Shown here: positions 28,749 through 37,916 of the stretch, piece after piece
Position numbering within the stretch: position 1 is the stretch's first letter
How the letters are laid out: each line of letters opens with the position of its first letter
From: an uncultured bacterium
GTDB taxonomy: Bacteria; Zixibacteria; MSB-5A5; CAIYYT01
Length of the DNA: 64,000 bases
NCBI GenBank assembly: GCA_963726455.1
Contig: CAVSCK010000004.1
Location: 1,344,001 to 1,408,000 of the forward strand
Direction of reading: 5' to 3'
The notes under the pieces: model-generated
Seen by the model: only the letters and a program-made list of their open reading frames with translations
The model's database searches: none
What the model was told of the DNA's origin: nothing
Made by a program: the position numbers and the translations under genes

Positions 28749-29975
28749 TATCGCCGCGAACTGCTCTGATCCTGATGGCAATTTGTCCACCTGCCAGTTG
28801 ACCAGCGGACTTGGAACTTACAATGGTACTGCGATTGTGTTCACGCCGACTGGTTCTGGCACTTACACATTCATCCTGAAAGCTACCGATGCTTGCGGCG
28901 CGACAGACTATGATACTTCGGTTGCTAACGTGACCTGAATCAAGCGCCGGTTGCCAATGCGGGCAGAGACACGACGCTGTCACAGTGCACCCCGGCTGCA
29001 ATCAGTATTGCGGCGAACTGCTCTGATCCTGATGGCAACCTGTCGACCTGCCAGTTGACCAGCGGACTTGGAACTTACAATGGTACCGCGATTGTGTTCA
29101 CGCCGACTGGAAGTGGCACTTACACGTTCATCTTGAAAGCTACTGATGCCTGCGGCGCGACAGACTATGATACCTCGGTTGCTCATGTGACGCTCAATCA
29201 AGCTCCGGTTGCGAATGCGGGCAGAGACACGACACTGTCACAGTGCACACCGGCTGCAATTAGTATCGCCGCGAACTGCTCTGATCCTGATGGCAACTTG
29301 TCCACCTGCCAGTTGACCAGCGGACTTGGAACTTACAATGGTACTGCGATTGTGTTCACGCCGACTGGTTCAGGCACATACACGTTCATCCTGAAAGCGA
29401 CCGATGCTTGCGGCGCGACAGATTATGACACTTCAGTTGCTAATGTGACTTTGAATCAGGCACCGGTTGCCAATGCGGGACGTGACACGACACTGTCACA
29501 GTGCACACCGGCTGCAATTAGTATCGCCGCGAACTGCTCTGATCCGGATGGCAACCTGTCGACCTGCCAGTTGACCAGCGGACCAGGAACATATAATGGT
29601 ACCGCAATTGTGTTCACGCCGACTGGTTCGGGCACATACACATTCATCCTGAAAGCCACTGATGCGTGTGGTGAGACGGACTACGATACTTCGATTGCCC
29701 ATGTGACTATCAATCAGGCGCCCGTAGCGAATGCCGGCGCCGACCAGAATTTGACCTGCCAGGCGCTGGGACAGCAGATTTGCTGGACCGCCGGCTGCAG
29801 CGATCCGGACAACGACCTGGCGACCTGTCAACTGGTGTCAGGTACGGGAACCTACAGCGGTGGCCAGATTTGCTTCAACCCAACAGCGAGCGGCTCCTAT
29901 CAGTTCGTGCTGAAGGCAACTGACGCTTGCGGCGCTACTGACTATGACACCGCGGTGGTGAACGTGCGGATTAAC
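25848..29975 (+). repeat. Tandem array of 16 x 258-bp (86-aa) intragenic repeats
   Basis: The APVANAG motif recurs at ~25848, 26106, 26364 ... 29460, 29718 (258-bp period). The first and last units are diverged. Confidence 0.95.
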
Positions 29976-31751
29976 GTGGCGCCTACGCTTAATGTGGCGG
30001 CGAGCGATACCACCATCTTCTGTCAGCAATCAGGGGTAGGCCAGGTTTGTGTGGCATTCAACTATTCGGACGCCGACGTGAATCTCAAGCAAATCACGGC
30101 CTCCGGTTCGCCGACGCCGACACTCAGCTATGGCGGTGGCAACGGCACAATCTGCTTCAATCCAACAGCCGGCGGGAACTTCTCGTTTACGCTAACGGCT
30201 TTGGATAGCTGCGGTCTGCAGACCCAGGTGTCGCATAATCATTTCGTTACGCTGGTGGACTGCGACACTATCAGCCGGTTTGCGGTGAAAGTACAGAAGA
30301 CGCACAATTCACTGCAAGGTCAATACGAGTTTGTCAGTGTAACGATTACCGGCGACGGCGCCGACTTTGGCGGCTTTGACTTCCTGTTGTCCTATGATGC
30401 ATCGGCGCTGACGGCGATGGAAGTACAGCCGGGACAGATGCTGACTTCCTGCGACTGGGAATACTTCACCTATCGTTTTGGCGCCAACGGCAATTGCGGC
30501 GGACCATGCCCATCCGGACTGCTCCGAATTGTCTCGATCGCGGATGTGAACAACGGAGCCCACCATCCGAGCTGTTACGGCCCGGCGATACCGTCATCGA
30601 GCGAACTGTTCAAGGTTAAGTTCTTTGTGACCAACGACCGCACCTTCGATTGTCAATATGCGCCGGTCAAATTCTTCTGGATGGATTGCGGCGACAACAG
30701 TATTTCCAGTGTCACCGGCGATACTCTCTTTGTCGACAAGCGCATCTATTTGTTCGAAGGCCAGACGATCTGGGACGAACTTGACGATGCCCAGTATCCT
30801 GACGGCATCCGCCCGAACGGCATGGGCGCTCCGGATGAATGCATGCTCGGCGACAAGTATCATCCGAGCCGGAGCATCGAATTCCGGTATGGCGGTGTCG
30901 ATATCGTCTGCGCCGACTCAATCGACGCACGCGGTGATCTCAACCTGAACGGAATTGCCAACGAGATTTCCGACGCGGTGCTTTACACCAATTACTTCCT
31001 GTATGGCATATCCGCGTTCTACGTGGCGCCGCGACAGGAAGCTCAGGTGGCAGCATCCGATGTCAACGCCGACGGCCGGCCGCTGACGGTTGGAGATTTG
31101 GTTTTCCTGATCAGAATCATCACCGGTGATGCTCTGCCGATCGCCAAGCTGGCGCCATTCGCCCAGGAAGTGGTCGTGCATTACGACGGCAATTCTCTGA
31201 GCACCGAGTCGAGCACCAATATCGGCGCGATGCTGCTGACCTTCAGAACGAATGGAGAATGCAGCTTCAACAACCTGACGGATCTGACGCTGAAGCAGAC
31301 ATCTGCCGACGGTGAATTGAAGGTGTTGGTCTACGACATTTCCGCCAAGTCGATTGCAGCCGGATTAAGCCATGTCCTGCGGGTTGACGGCGACGCGGTA
31401 CTGGAATCGGTTGAGATAGCTGATTACCAGGGCAACCTGATGCTGGCGAAGATTGACAAATCCGCGGTGCCGACTGAGTTTGCTCTTGGCCAGAACTATC
31501 CGAATCCATTTAATCCCGAGACGGTGATCGAATTCGCGTTGCCGACGGCCAGTGAGATGTCGCTTACCGTATATAATATTGCCGGCCAGACCGTCGCGAC
31601 GATCATCAACGGCACCGTGCCGGCTGGTTATCATCAGGTCAGATGGAACGGCAAAGACGACAACGGCACCAATGCTTCTTCGGGAATTTACTTCTACAAG
31701 ATCGTTTCGAAGGACTTCTCCGAGACGCGCAAGATGTTGTTGATTAAGTAG
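29055..31751 (+). CDS. Giant secreted repeat protein, C-terminal part: last repeats, cohesin-like domain, dockerin-like domain and FlgD/T9SS-type sorting domain
   Basis: VSVTI...FGGFDFLLSYDASALT..EVQPG (cohesin-like); RGDLNLNG...EISDAVL...SDVNADG..LTVGDLVFLIRII (dockerin-like); FALGQNYPNPFNPET.IEF.LP...WNGKD..G...SSGIYFYKI...RKMLLIK (sorting domain). Same frame as 25071. Confidence 0.88.
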   Translation: MTSGLGTYNGTAIVFTPTGSGTYTFILKATDACGATDYDTSVAHVTLNQAPVANAGRDTTLSQCTPAAISIAANCSDPDGNLSTCQLTSGLGTYNGTAIVFTPTGSGTYTFILKATDACGATDYDTSVANVTLNQAPVANAGRDTTLSQCTPAAISIAANCSDPDGNLSTCQLTSGPGTYNGTAIVFTPTGSGTYTFILKATDACGETDYDTSIAHVTINQAPVANAGADQNLTCQALGQQICWTAGCSDPDNDLATCQLVSGTGTYSGGQICFNPTASGSYQFVLKATDACGATDYDTAVVNVRINVAPTLNVAASDTTIFCQQSGVGQVCVAFNYSDADVNLKQITASGSPTPTLSYGGGNGTICFNPTAGGNFSFTLTALDSCGLQTQVSHNHFVTLVDCDTISRFAVKVQKTHNSLQGQYEFVSVTITGDGADFGGFDFLLSYDASALTAMEVQPGQMLTSCDWEYFTYRFGANGNCGGPCPSGLLRIVSIADVNNGAHHPSCYGPAIPSSSELFKVKFFVTNDRTFDCQYAPVKFFWMDCGDNSISSVTGDTLFVDKRIYLFEGQTIWDELDDAQYPDGIRPNGMGAPDECMLGDKYHPSRSIEFRYGGVDIVCADSIDARGDLNLNGIANEISDAVLYTNYFLYGISAFYVAPRQEAQVAASDVNADGRPLTVGDLVFLIRIITGDALPIAKLAPFAQEVVVHYDGNSLSTESSTNIGAMLLTFRTNGECSFNNLTDLTLKQTSADGELKVLVYDISAKSIAAGLSHVLRVDGDAVLESVEIADYQGNLMLAKIDKSAVPTEFALGQNYPNPFNPETVIEFALPTASEMSLTVYNIAGQTVATIINGTVPAGYHQVRWNGKDDNGTNASSGIYFYKIVSKDFSETRKMLLIK

Positions 31752-31782
31752 CATCGCGACTGCAACAGCATCGTAGAGATAG

Positions 31783-31819
31783 AAACAAAACCCCGCTCAC
31801 TTTGAGCGGGGTTTTGTTT
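31783..31819. terminator. Bidirectional intrinsic terminator
   Basis: AAACAAAACCCCGCTCA-CTT-TGAGCGGGGTTTTGTTT between convergent genes. Confidence 0.9.
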
Positions 31820-31843
31820 TGCAGTCTTGTGTGGAAGGATAAA

Positions 31844-32278
31844 CTAAGCCGTGTTGTTCGCCAGATATTGTACTGCCAGCAGATAGCTCCAGACTCCGAA
31901 TCCACTGATTACACCGACCGCTCCGCGCGCCGTGATCATGGTGTGCCGGAACTCCTCGCGACGATAGACATTCGACAGATGAACTTCGACCGCTTTCACT
32001 TTCGTCGCCAGGAGGGCATCGAGAATTGCGACCGAAGTGTGGGCATAGCCGCCAGGATTCATTATCACTCCAACATCCTTGCCGAGGAAACTGTGAATCA
32101 GTTCGACGAATTCGCCTTCGGTGTTGAACTGGTGAAATTCAACGGTCAAGTTCAGACGGCGCGCGTAGTCCGCAATTTCTTTGTTGATCTGTTCAAGAGT
32201 CTGACTGCCGTAGATCTCCGGCTCACGCTGCCCCAGCAGATTGAGGTTGGGACCGTGAATGACAACGATGTTCTTCAT
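31844..32278 (-). CDS. aroQ: Type II 3-dehydroquinate dehydratase
   Basis: HGPNLNLLGQREPEIYG, NPGGYAHTSVAILDA and EVHLSN...RE.FR motifs. Confidence 0.96.
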   Translation of the reverse strand: MKNIVVIHGPNLNLLGQREPEIYGSQTLEQINKEIADYARRLNLTVEFHQFNTEGEFVELIHSFLGKDVGVIMNPGGYAHTSVAILDALLATKVKAVEVHLSNVYRREEFRHTMITARGAVGVISGFGVWSYLLAVQYLANNTA

Positions 32279-33360
32279 TTCTGTATCATCTCCCCGGTTT
32301 CCTGAAACGCCCTGGTAAACTGCCCTTCGGTGACCGTAGCCAGCCGATATGAGCCGCAAGCATTGAGCAGCACAAAATTGATTCTATCGCCCGACCTCTT
32401 CTTGTCATGTTTGATCTTCTGCCAAAGCATTGATGCAGCTACGCCGTTCAGATCGAAACGACCATAGATCCCGGCGAAGCAATCCCAGATCATCTGGAAA
32501 TCCTTTGCAGGAAGTGCGGCGATTCGCCTGGACAACACCAATGCAACGAGAATTCCCAACGTCACGGCTTTTCCATGCGACCAGCCGCAGACAACCTCGA
32601 GTGCATGACCGGTCGTGTGTCCGAGATTCAGGATCTGCCTCTGCCCTTTCTCCAGTGGGTCAGAATTCACGATTGACAACTTCCCCTGAATGGCATCTGC
32701 GATCATCGCATCGAGCCCCTGCCCTGCGATCAATTGCCCGGCTCTGATTGAATACTTGGAGAATAGTCGACGGTCGTAAGCGGCGAATACTTTCAGCGCT
32801 TCCACCACACCATCTTTGATCTGGCTCGATCCCAGAGACGGCAGGAACATGTTATCACAGATAACCATTCTCGGTGGATAGATAGTGCCGACAACATTCT
32901 TGGTATTGCCAAGATTGATTGCCGTTTTGCCGCCGATGGCCGCATCAACTTGCGCCAAAATCGTAGTGGGAACGGCAATGTAGGCGATTCCACGTTTGTA
33001 AGTGGATGCCGTCAAACCGGCAATATCGGTAACGACGCCGCCGCCGATCCCAATCAATAGACCTCCCCGATCCACTTCATGACTGTGCAGCCAGCGAAGC
33101 AAACTCAGGAAACGGTTGTACGATTTGTGCCGTTCGCCACGGGGGAAGGAATAGACCTCAGCGTTGCCGAGATAATTGTTCACCAATGCTGTGCCGTACA
33201 GCTCCATCACGCGCGCATCGATCACGGCATGCACGGAAGTGAAACTTCTTTCCAAATCTTCTGCCACAAGCTTGTTGAGCGCACCGGAACCACAATAGAC
33301 CGGTGACTTGACTTTCGGCAGTTGCGGCACGAACAGAAACTTCTTCACTCGCTCAACCAT
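32275..33360 (-). CDS. aroB: 3-dehydroquinate synthase
   Basis: GGGVVTD, YKRGI, PTTILAQVDAAIGGKTAIN, KN.VG and LNLGHTTGHALE motifs. Confidence 0.93.
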   Translation of the reverse strand: MVERVKKFLFVPQLPKVKSPVYCGSGALNKLVAEDLERSFTSVHAVIDARVMELYGTALVNNYLGNAEVYSFPRGERHKSYNRFLSLLRWLHSHEVDRGGLLIGIGGGVVTDIAGLTASTYKRGIAYIAVPTTILAQVDAAIGGKTAINLGNTKNVVGTIYPPRMVICDNMFLPSLGSSQIKDGVVEALKVFAAYDRRLFSKYSIRAGQLIAGQGLDAMIADAIQGKLSIVNSDPLEKGQRQILNLGHTTGHALEVVCGWSHGKAVTLGILVALVLSRRIAALPAKDFQMIWDCFAGIYGRFDLNGVAASMLWQKIKHDKKRSGDRINFVLLNACGSYRLATVTEGQFTRAFQETGEMIQK

Positions 33361-33878
33361 GTCATATAGAGTTCAATAACTTTGTCAGCCGCGGTTTCCA
33401 GACTATCCGTTCCGGTATCCACGCTGCAGCCAATGCTTTCGTAAATCGCTGCGCGTTCTTTATAGATTTCCTGTAGTCGCTCCTCCGGAACGCTGCCCTC
33501 CAGGAGCGGCCGATCCGTGGTGTTGGCAAGGCGTCCCGCCAGAATGTCGACGGGAGCGCGCAGAAGTATCACCATTCCGTTTTCCCGGGCGAGCTTCAGG
33601 TTCTCTGCGTTTGCCAGCATCCCACCGCCGGTCGCAACCACTTGAAGTTCGCGGCTGATTACTCCACTCAAAAGGGCTGCCTCGTTATCGCGAAAATAAT
33701 TCTCTCCTAATGTCGCGAAGATTTCCGAGATCGGCAATGAATGTCGGCGCTCGATTATAGCATCTGTGTCGATAAACATGTAGGCCAACTTTCGGGCAAC
33801 GATTTCGCCGATTGAGCTTTTGCCCGTCCCCATCATTCCGGTCAGGAAGATATTGCGTTTCTTAGCGTGAGCGAACAT
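33345..33878 (-). CDS. aroK: Shikimate kinase
   Basis: GMMGTGKS, DTD, GENYFR..E, VATGGG and RPLL motifs. Confidence 0.94.
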   Translation of the reverse strand: MFAHAKKRNIFLTGMMGTGKSSIGEIVARKLAYMFIDTDAIIERRHSLPISEIFATLGENYFRDNEAALLSGVISRELQVVATGGGMLANAENLKLARENGMVILLRAPVDILAGRLANTTDRPLLEGSVPEERLQEIYKERAAIYESIGCSVDTGTDSLETAADKVIELYMTWLSE

Positions 33879-34995
33879 ATCTCAGATAAGCGCGGTGATT
33901 GGCCAACACTTCCCGCATCGAATCGCCGCCAAATTTTTCGGACATCATCTCGGCAATGGCCAGGGCAATCACGGCCTCGCAAACGACACCCCCGGCCGGA
34001 ACAATGCAGATGTCTGACCGCACGTACGGCGCCGGAGTCGGGCGTTTTGTTTTCAGATTGACAGACGGCAGCGGCTTGCCCAAAGTCGAGATCGGTTTGA
34101 AATAGGCGCGAATTACCAGGTTTTCACCGTTGGTGATGCCGCCAACTATGCCACCGGCATTGTTCGTCGCGTGACGAAAACCAGATTTCTTTTCGTATGC
34201 GATCGAGTCGTGAATGTCACTCCCGAATGCGGACGCGGCAGCGATGCCGTTTCCGATTTCGATAGCTTTCACACTCGGCACGCTCATGATCGCGGCCGCC
34301 AGTCGGGTCGTTGCGCGCCTATCTGCCTGGGCATAACTTCCCAGACCGAGCGGCACGCCAGTCACTACGATCTCGCTGACGCCACCCAGGGTATCGTTTC
34401 GTTCCACTGCCTGATCGATAGCCCTGACCATTTCCGAAGCCACTTTCTTGTCGGCGCAGCGCACGGATGAGGATTCAATCTCGCGGAACACTTTGGAGCT
34501 GAACTTGACCGACTTGTCACAAACCACGTGTCCGATTTGTCGCGTGTGGGAATAGACCGTGATGCCGAACATATCCAGATACTGTTTGGCGACGTTGCCG
34601 GCCGCGGTGCGGGCTGCGGTTTCGCGCGCCGAGGAGCGTTCGATGGCGTCCTGGATGTCATCGAGATCGTATTTGAGATAACCAACAAGGTCGGCGTGTC
34701 CGGGGCGCGGCACGAGTTGCGGCTCCCGCTTTTGTCCCTTCCAGTTCTTCCAGTCCTTGTTCTGAATGAGTATGGCTATTGGGCTGCCGATGGTTTTTCC
34801 GTTGCGCACTCCGGCGGTCACAATCGCCGTATCCTGCTCGATTCGCATGCGGCGCCCGCGTCCGTAGCCCATTTGTCGGCGACGGAGGTCAATCGTGATC
34901 GCATTCGCGTCGAGTTTCAGTCCCGACGGGATGCCTTCGACAATGGCGGTCAGCATCGGTCCGTGAGATTCGCCGGCAGTCAAATATCTAATCAT
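33862..34995 (-). CDS. aroC: Chorismate synthase
   Basis: RYLTAGESHG, PRPGHAD, ERSSARETA, NNAGG..GGITNG, KPISTL and RSD motifs. Confidence 0.96.
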   Translation of the reverse strand: MIRYLTAGESHGPMLTAIVEGIPSGLKLDANAITIDLRRRQMGYGRGRRMRIEQDTAIVTAGVRNGKTIGSPIAILIQNKDWKNWKGQKREPQLVPRPGHADLVGYLKYDLDDIQDAIERSSARETAARTAAGNVAKQYLDMFGITVYSHTRQIGHVVCDKSVKFSSKVFREIESSSVRCADKKVASEMVRAIDQAVERNDTLGGVSEIVVTGVPLGLGSYAQADRRATTRLAAAIMSVPSVKAIEIGNGIAAASAFGSDIHDSIAYEKKSGFRHATNNAGGIVGGITNGENLVIRAYFKPISTLGKPLPSVNLKTKRPTPAPYVRSDICIVPAGGVVCEAVIALAIAEMMSEKFGGDSMREVLANHRAYLRYVRSR

Positions 34996-35803
34996 GATAC
35001 ACGGCTCCATCGATGATCTTCATTATGCGGTTGACGTTTACCTCCCGGCCGGTCATGATCTTGAAATTCCTGGCGGCCTGCACGGCGAGCATGTAATTGC
35101 CCCGTAGATGGCCGCGCTTGACCAGATCGTAATTGCCGTATCGCAGTTCGAAAATCCTTTTCACTTTCTTGAGAGCATCCTCGTCAACTATATCAGTTAT
35201 CGGAACGGGCGTGCAATTGATGCAGAGGTCGCACTCACGAAGATCATCAATGCGGCCTTCAAGCAGCGCCTGGCGATACTGCGATGTCCGTTTTAGTTTA
35301 CGCACGAACGTTCCGAAACGCAGCAGGGAAACCGTGGAATGGTGATAAACGCTGATGCTGGCGGCTCCTCGGGAGGCGAGATAATAGTAAACGGTTTGAG
35401 CGGTTCCGCCGGAACCGATTACGGCGACCTTCGAACTCTTGGCGGCGAATTTCAGGCGCGTCTCGATGCTTTGCCTGATGCCGTCATAATCGGTGTTGTA
35501 ACCGACGAGAACGCCTTTGCGGTTGATCACGAGATTGACCGATTGCGTTTGCTCGGCCACCCAGTCAAGGCGGTCGAGCAGCGGCAGGACAGCGCGTTTG
35601 TGCGGGATAGTGATATTGAATCCGGCGAGCGGCAGCAGACGGACGGCCTTGATGAAGTCCGGCAAGTCTGACGTCGCCAGATCGAACACTTTGTAGACTG
35701 CGGCAATCTTCTTGAACGAGAACAGCTCGGCATAGATATCAGGCGAAAGCGAATAGCCGATGTTGGCGCCGATGATTCCGTAGATGTCAGTGTTGGTTGC
35801 CAT
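34988..35803 (-). CDS. aroE: Shikimate dehydrogenase
   Basis: SLSP, GFNITIPHK, SVN, GYNTD..G, GSGGTA, INCTP and ML..QAA motifs; first gene of the aro operon. Confidence 0.88.
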   Translation of the reverse strand: MATNTDIYGIIGANIGYSLSPDIYAELFSFKKIAAVYKVFDLATSDLPDFIKAVRLLPLAGFNITIPHKRAVLPLLDRLDWVAEQTQSVNLVINRKGVLVGYNTDYDGIRQSIETRLKFAAKSSKVAVIGSGGTAQTVYYYLASRGAASISVYHHSTVSLLRFGTFVRKLKRTSQYRQALLEGRIDDLRECDLCINCTPVPITDIVDEDALKKVKRIFELRYGNYDLVKRGHLRGNYMLAVQAARNFKIMTGREVNVNRIMKIIDGAVYHD

Positions 35804-35886
35804 GACTGCCGGGTATGATAGATACCTGGATTGGAAATCGCAACGGGAACGTTGAGTGGTTGGAGCGTGAAGAAGGTGTGGGGTCA

Positions 35887-36006
35887 CATCAATATAGACA
35901 ATGTCGGGTTTCTCACTCGGTGATCTATCCACGGCGTTCGCAAGATCGAGCCGGTCTTTCGAAGTGACCTGTCTGATTGCCAAAGCAGCGTTCGGAACCC
36001 GACCTG
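35887..36006. repeat. 120-bp palindrome-ended repeat A, copy 1
   Basis: ATGTCGGGTT...AACCCGACCTG; near-identical to 36488-36607. Confidence 0.9.
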
Positions 36007-36036
36007 TTTTGCTGTAACAAGACTAATTTCAGAATG

Positions 36037-36401
36037 AGCCTGGATTCCCACCTTCGTGGGAATGACACGCCCACGACGGTCGCCTCATTGGGGGATGGAT
36101 GTCACGCAATCAACCCACCGCAAGCGGTGGGGCACCCAAGCAACGTTCTACGCGGAGTGGGGTATCGGTCAGGTTGAGGGGAGCTGTTGTTTTCGGGAAG
36201 TCCCGCTCGCTGAGTGGGGTAGCGAGTCAAACCAGCCTGGATTCCCACCTTCGTGGGAATGACACGTTCGCGACGGTCGCCTTTTTGGGGGATGGATGTC
36301 ACGCAATCAACCCACCGCAAGCGGTGGGGCACCCAAGCAACGTTCTACGCGGAGTGGGGTATCGGTCAGGTTGACGGGAGCTGTTGATTTCGGGAAGTCC
36401 C
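36037..36401. repeat. Tandem repeat B (2 copies, 197-bp period) built from REP-like hairpins
   Basis: CTGGATTCCCACCTTCGTGGGAATGAC and CCCACCGCAAGCGGTGGG hairpins recur at 36037 and 36234. Confidence 0.9.
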
Positions 36402-36487
36402 ACTTGTTGAGTGAGGTACCGGGTTTGGCAGGACCTGACACAACGGTAAAGGCCCGACACAACGGCAAACCCGACGTTCGCCGGTCG

Positions 36488-36607
36488 CATCAACATAGAC
36501 AATGTCGGGTTTCTCACTCGGTGATCTATCCACGGCGTTCCCAAGATCAAGCCGGTCTTTCGAAATGGCCTGTCTGATTGCCAAATCAGCGTTCCGAACC
36601 CGACCTG
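36488..36607. repeat. 120-bp palindrome-ended repeat A, copy 2
   Basis: Direct repeat of 35887-36006 with a few substitutions. Confidence 0.9.
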
Positions 36608-36697
36608 CTTTGCTCAACGTTAAAGACCTAACACAGCAGCAAAGACTCGACACAACGGCAAGTTCGCCTGAGATGACAAGAGATGTCAGCAAGAAGA

Positions 36698-36733
36698 CAA
36701 AAAGAAATCCGGCAGAGGAAATCCCTGCCGGAT
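36698..36733 (-). terminator. Intrinsic terminator after secG
   Basis: ATCCGGCAG...CTGCCGGAT hairpin followed on the minus strand by TTCTTTTTG. Confidence 0.75.
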
Positions 36734-36757
36734 AATATCTGTTACACCAGTCAGAAA

Positions 36758-37138
36758 CTAATTTCCGCCTGACGGTGGTGTTGTTTGCTGGGTTCCCTGC
36801 TGCTGACCACCTTGCGCGGGCGCCGGTGTCGGAGCAGGAGCCTGGACCGGTTGTTCGGTCGCCATGCGTTCAACGGCAGATTCGCCGGCAGCAGCAGCCG
36901 CGGAACGGCCTCGGGCAACCAGCGTCAGCGAGATGCAGGATATCATGAACAGAATAGCCAGGGCAGTAGTAGCTTTGGAAAGAAACGTGGCTGCACCCCG
37001 ACCGCCAAACACGGCGCCACTCAAACCGCCGCCGCCAAATGCGCCCGCTAATCCTTCGCCTTTCGCGGACTGCATAAGCACCACGAGTATCAGACCGCTG
37101 CAAATAATGATGTGGATGATGATGAGAATTGCGAACAC
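36758..37138 (-). CDS. secG: Preprotein translocase subunit SecG
   Basis: LILVVLMQSAKGEGLAGAFGGG...FG.RGAATFLSKAT; conserved position after tpiA. Confidence 0.94.
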   Translation of the reverse strand: MFAILIIIHIIICSGLILVVLMQSAKGEGLAGAFGGGGLSGAVFGGRGAATFLSKATTALAILFMISCISLTLVARGRSAAAAAGESAVERMATEQPVQAPAPTPAPAQGGQQQGTQQTTPPSGGN

Positions 37139-37153
37139 TTAACTTTCCTCCTG

Positions 37154-37909
37154 CTACCGTCGAGCCGCCGCAATAATTTTATTGAACGACTCTGCTGTTA
37201 AACTGGCTCCGCCGACCAAACCTCCGTCGATATTCGGCTGCCCGAACAGTTCGCGCGCGTTGTCGGGCTTGATGGAACCGCCGTACAAAAGCAGTACGTT
37301 GTCGACCACTGAGCCGTAACGATCACGCAGCACCGCCCGGATGTACCCGTGAACCTCCTCTGCCTGATGAGGCGAAGCGGTTTTTCCGGTACCGATTGCC
37401 CAGACAGGTTCGTAGGCAATCACCGTACGCCGAAAGTCGTCGGCCGGAACGCCATCCAAAGATCCAAGTACCTGGCTCTGAACCACATTCATCGTCTCAC
37501 CGGCTTCTCTTTGAGTCAAAGTCTCGCCGACACAGACGATCGGGTTCAGGCCTAGCGACAACGCCTTCTTGAGTTTCTGGTTGACAAGCATGTCGGTCTC
37601 AAAAAAGAGCTGCCGTCGTTCCGAATGTCCCAAAATAACAAAAGAGCAGCCCAGCGTCAACAGCATTTTCCCGCTCACCTCGCCGGTGAATGCTCCCTCG
37701 TCCTCCCAGTGCATGTTCTGAGCGCCTACTGCAACAGCCGACCCTTTGACCACCGCGACCGCCTGGGCAAGCGAAGTAAACGGCGGACAGACAACGACTT
37801 GCGGATCGGCAGAAGAACCGACAAACTCGGCGACGCCTTTAGCTAAGGCCGCCGCCTTGTCGGGCGTCGTATACATTTTCCAATTTCCGGCGACAAGTTT
37901 CTTTCTCAT
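37154..37909 (-). CDS. tpiA: Triosephosphate isomerase
   Basis: AGNWKM, GHSERR, AYEPVWAIGTG, YGGS and GGASL motifs. Confidence 0.98.
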   Translation of the reverse strand: MRKKLVAGNWKMYTTPDKAAALAKGVAEFVGSSADPQVVVCPPFTSLAQAVAVVKGSAVAVGAQNMHWEDEGAFTGEVSGKMLLTLGCSFVILGHSERRQLFFETDMLVNQKLKKALSLGLNPIVCVGETLTQREAGETMNVVQSQVLGSLDGVPADDFRRTVIAYEPVWAIGTGKTASPHQAEEVHGYIRAVLRDRYGSVVDNVLLLYGGSIKPDNARELFGQPNIDGGLVGGASLTAESFNKIIAAARR

Positions 37910-37916
37910 TTTGCGC

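Noticed and set aside
25848-29975. CRISPR array or diversity-generating retroelement
   Set aside because: The repeats are in-frame coding units with no spacers. Variation is synonymous rather than adenine-specific, and no cas or reverse transcriptase gene is present.
35887-36660. CRISPR array or small ORFs (e.g. 36099..36374, 36296..36577) and the extended aroE N-terminus
   Set aside because: Only two copies of each long unit and no unique spacers. The ORFs are translations of palindromic repeats.
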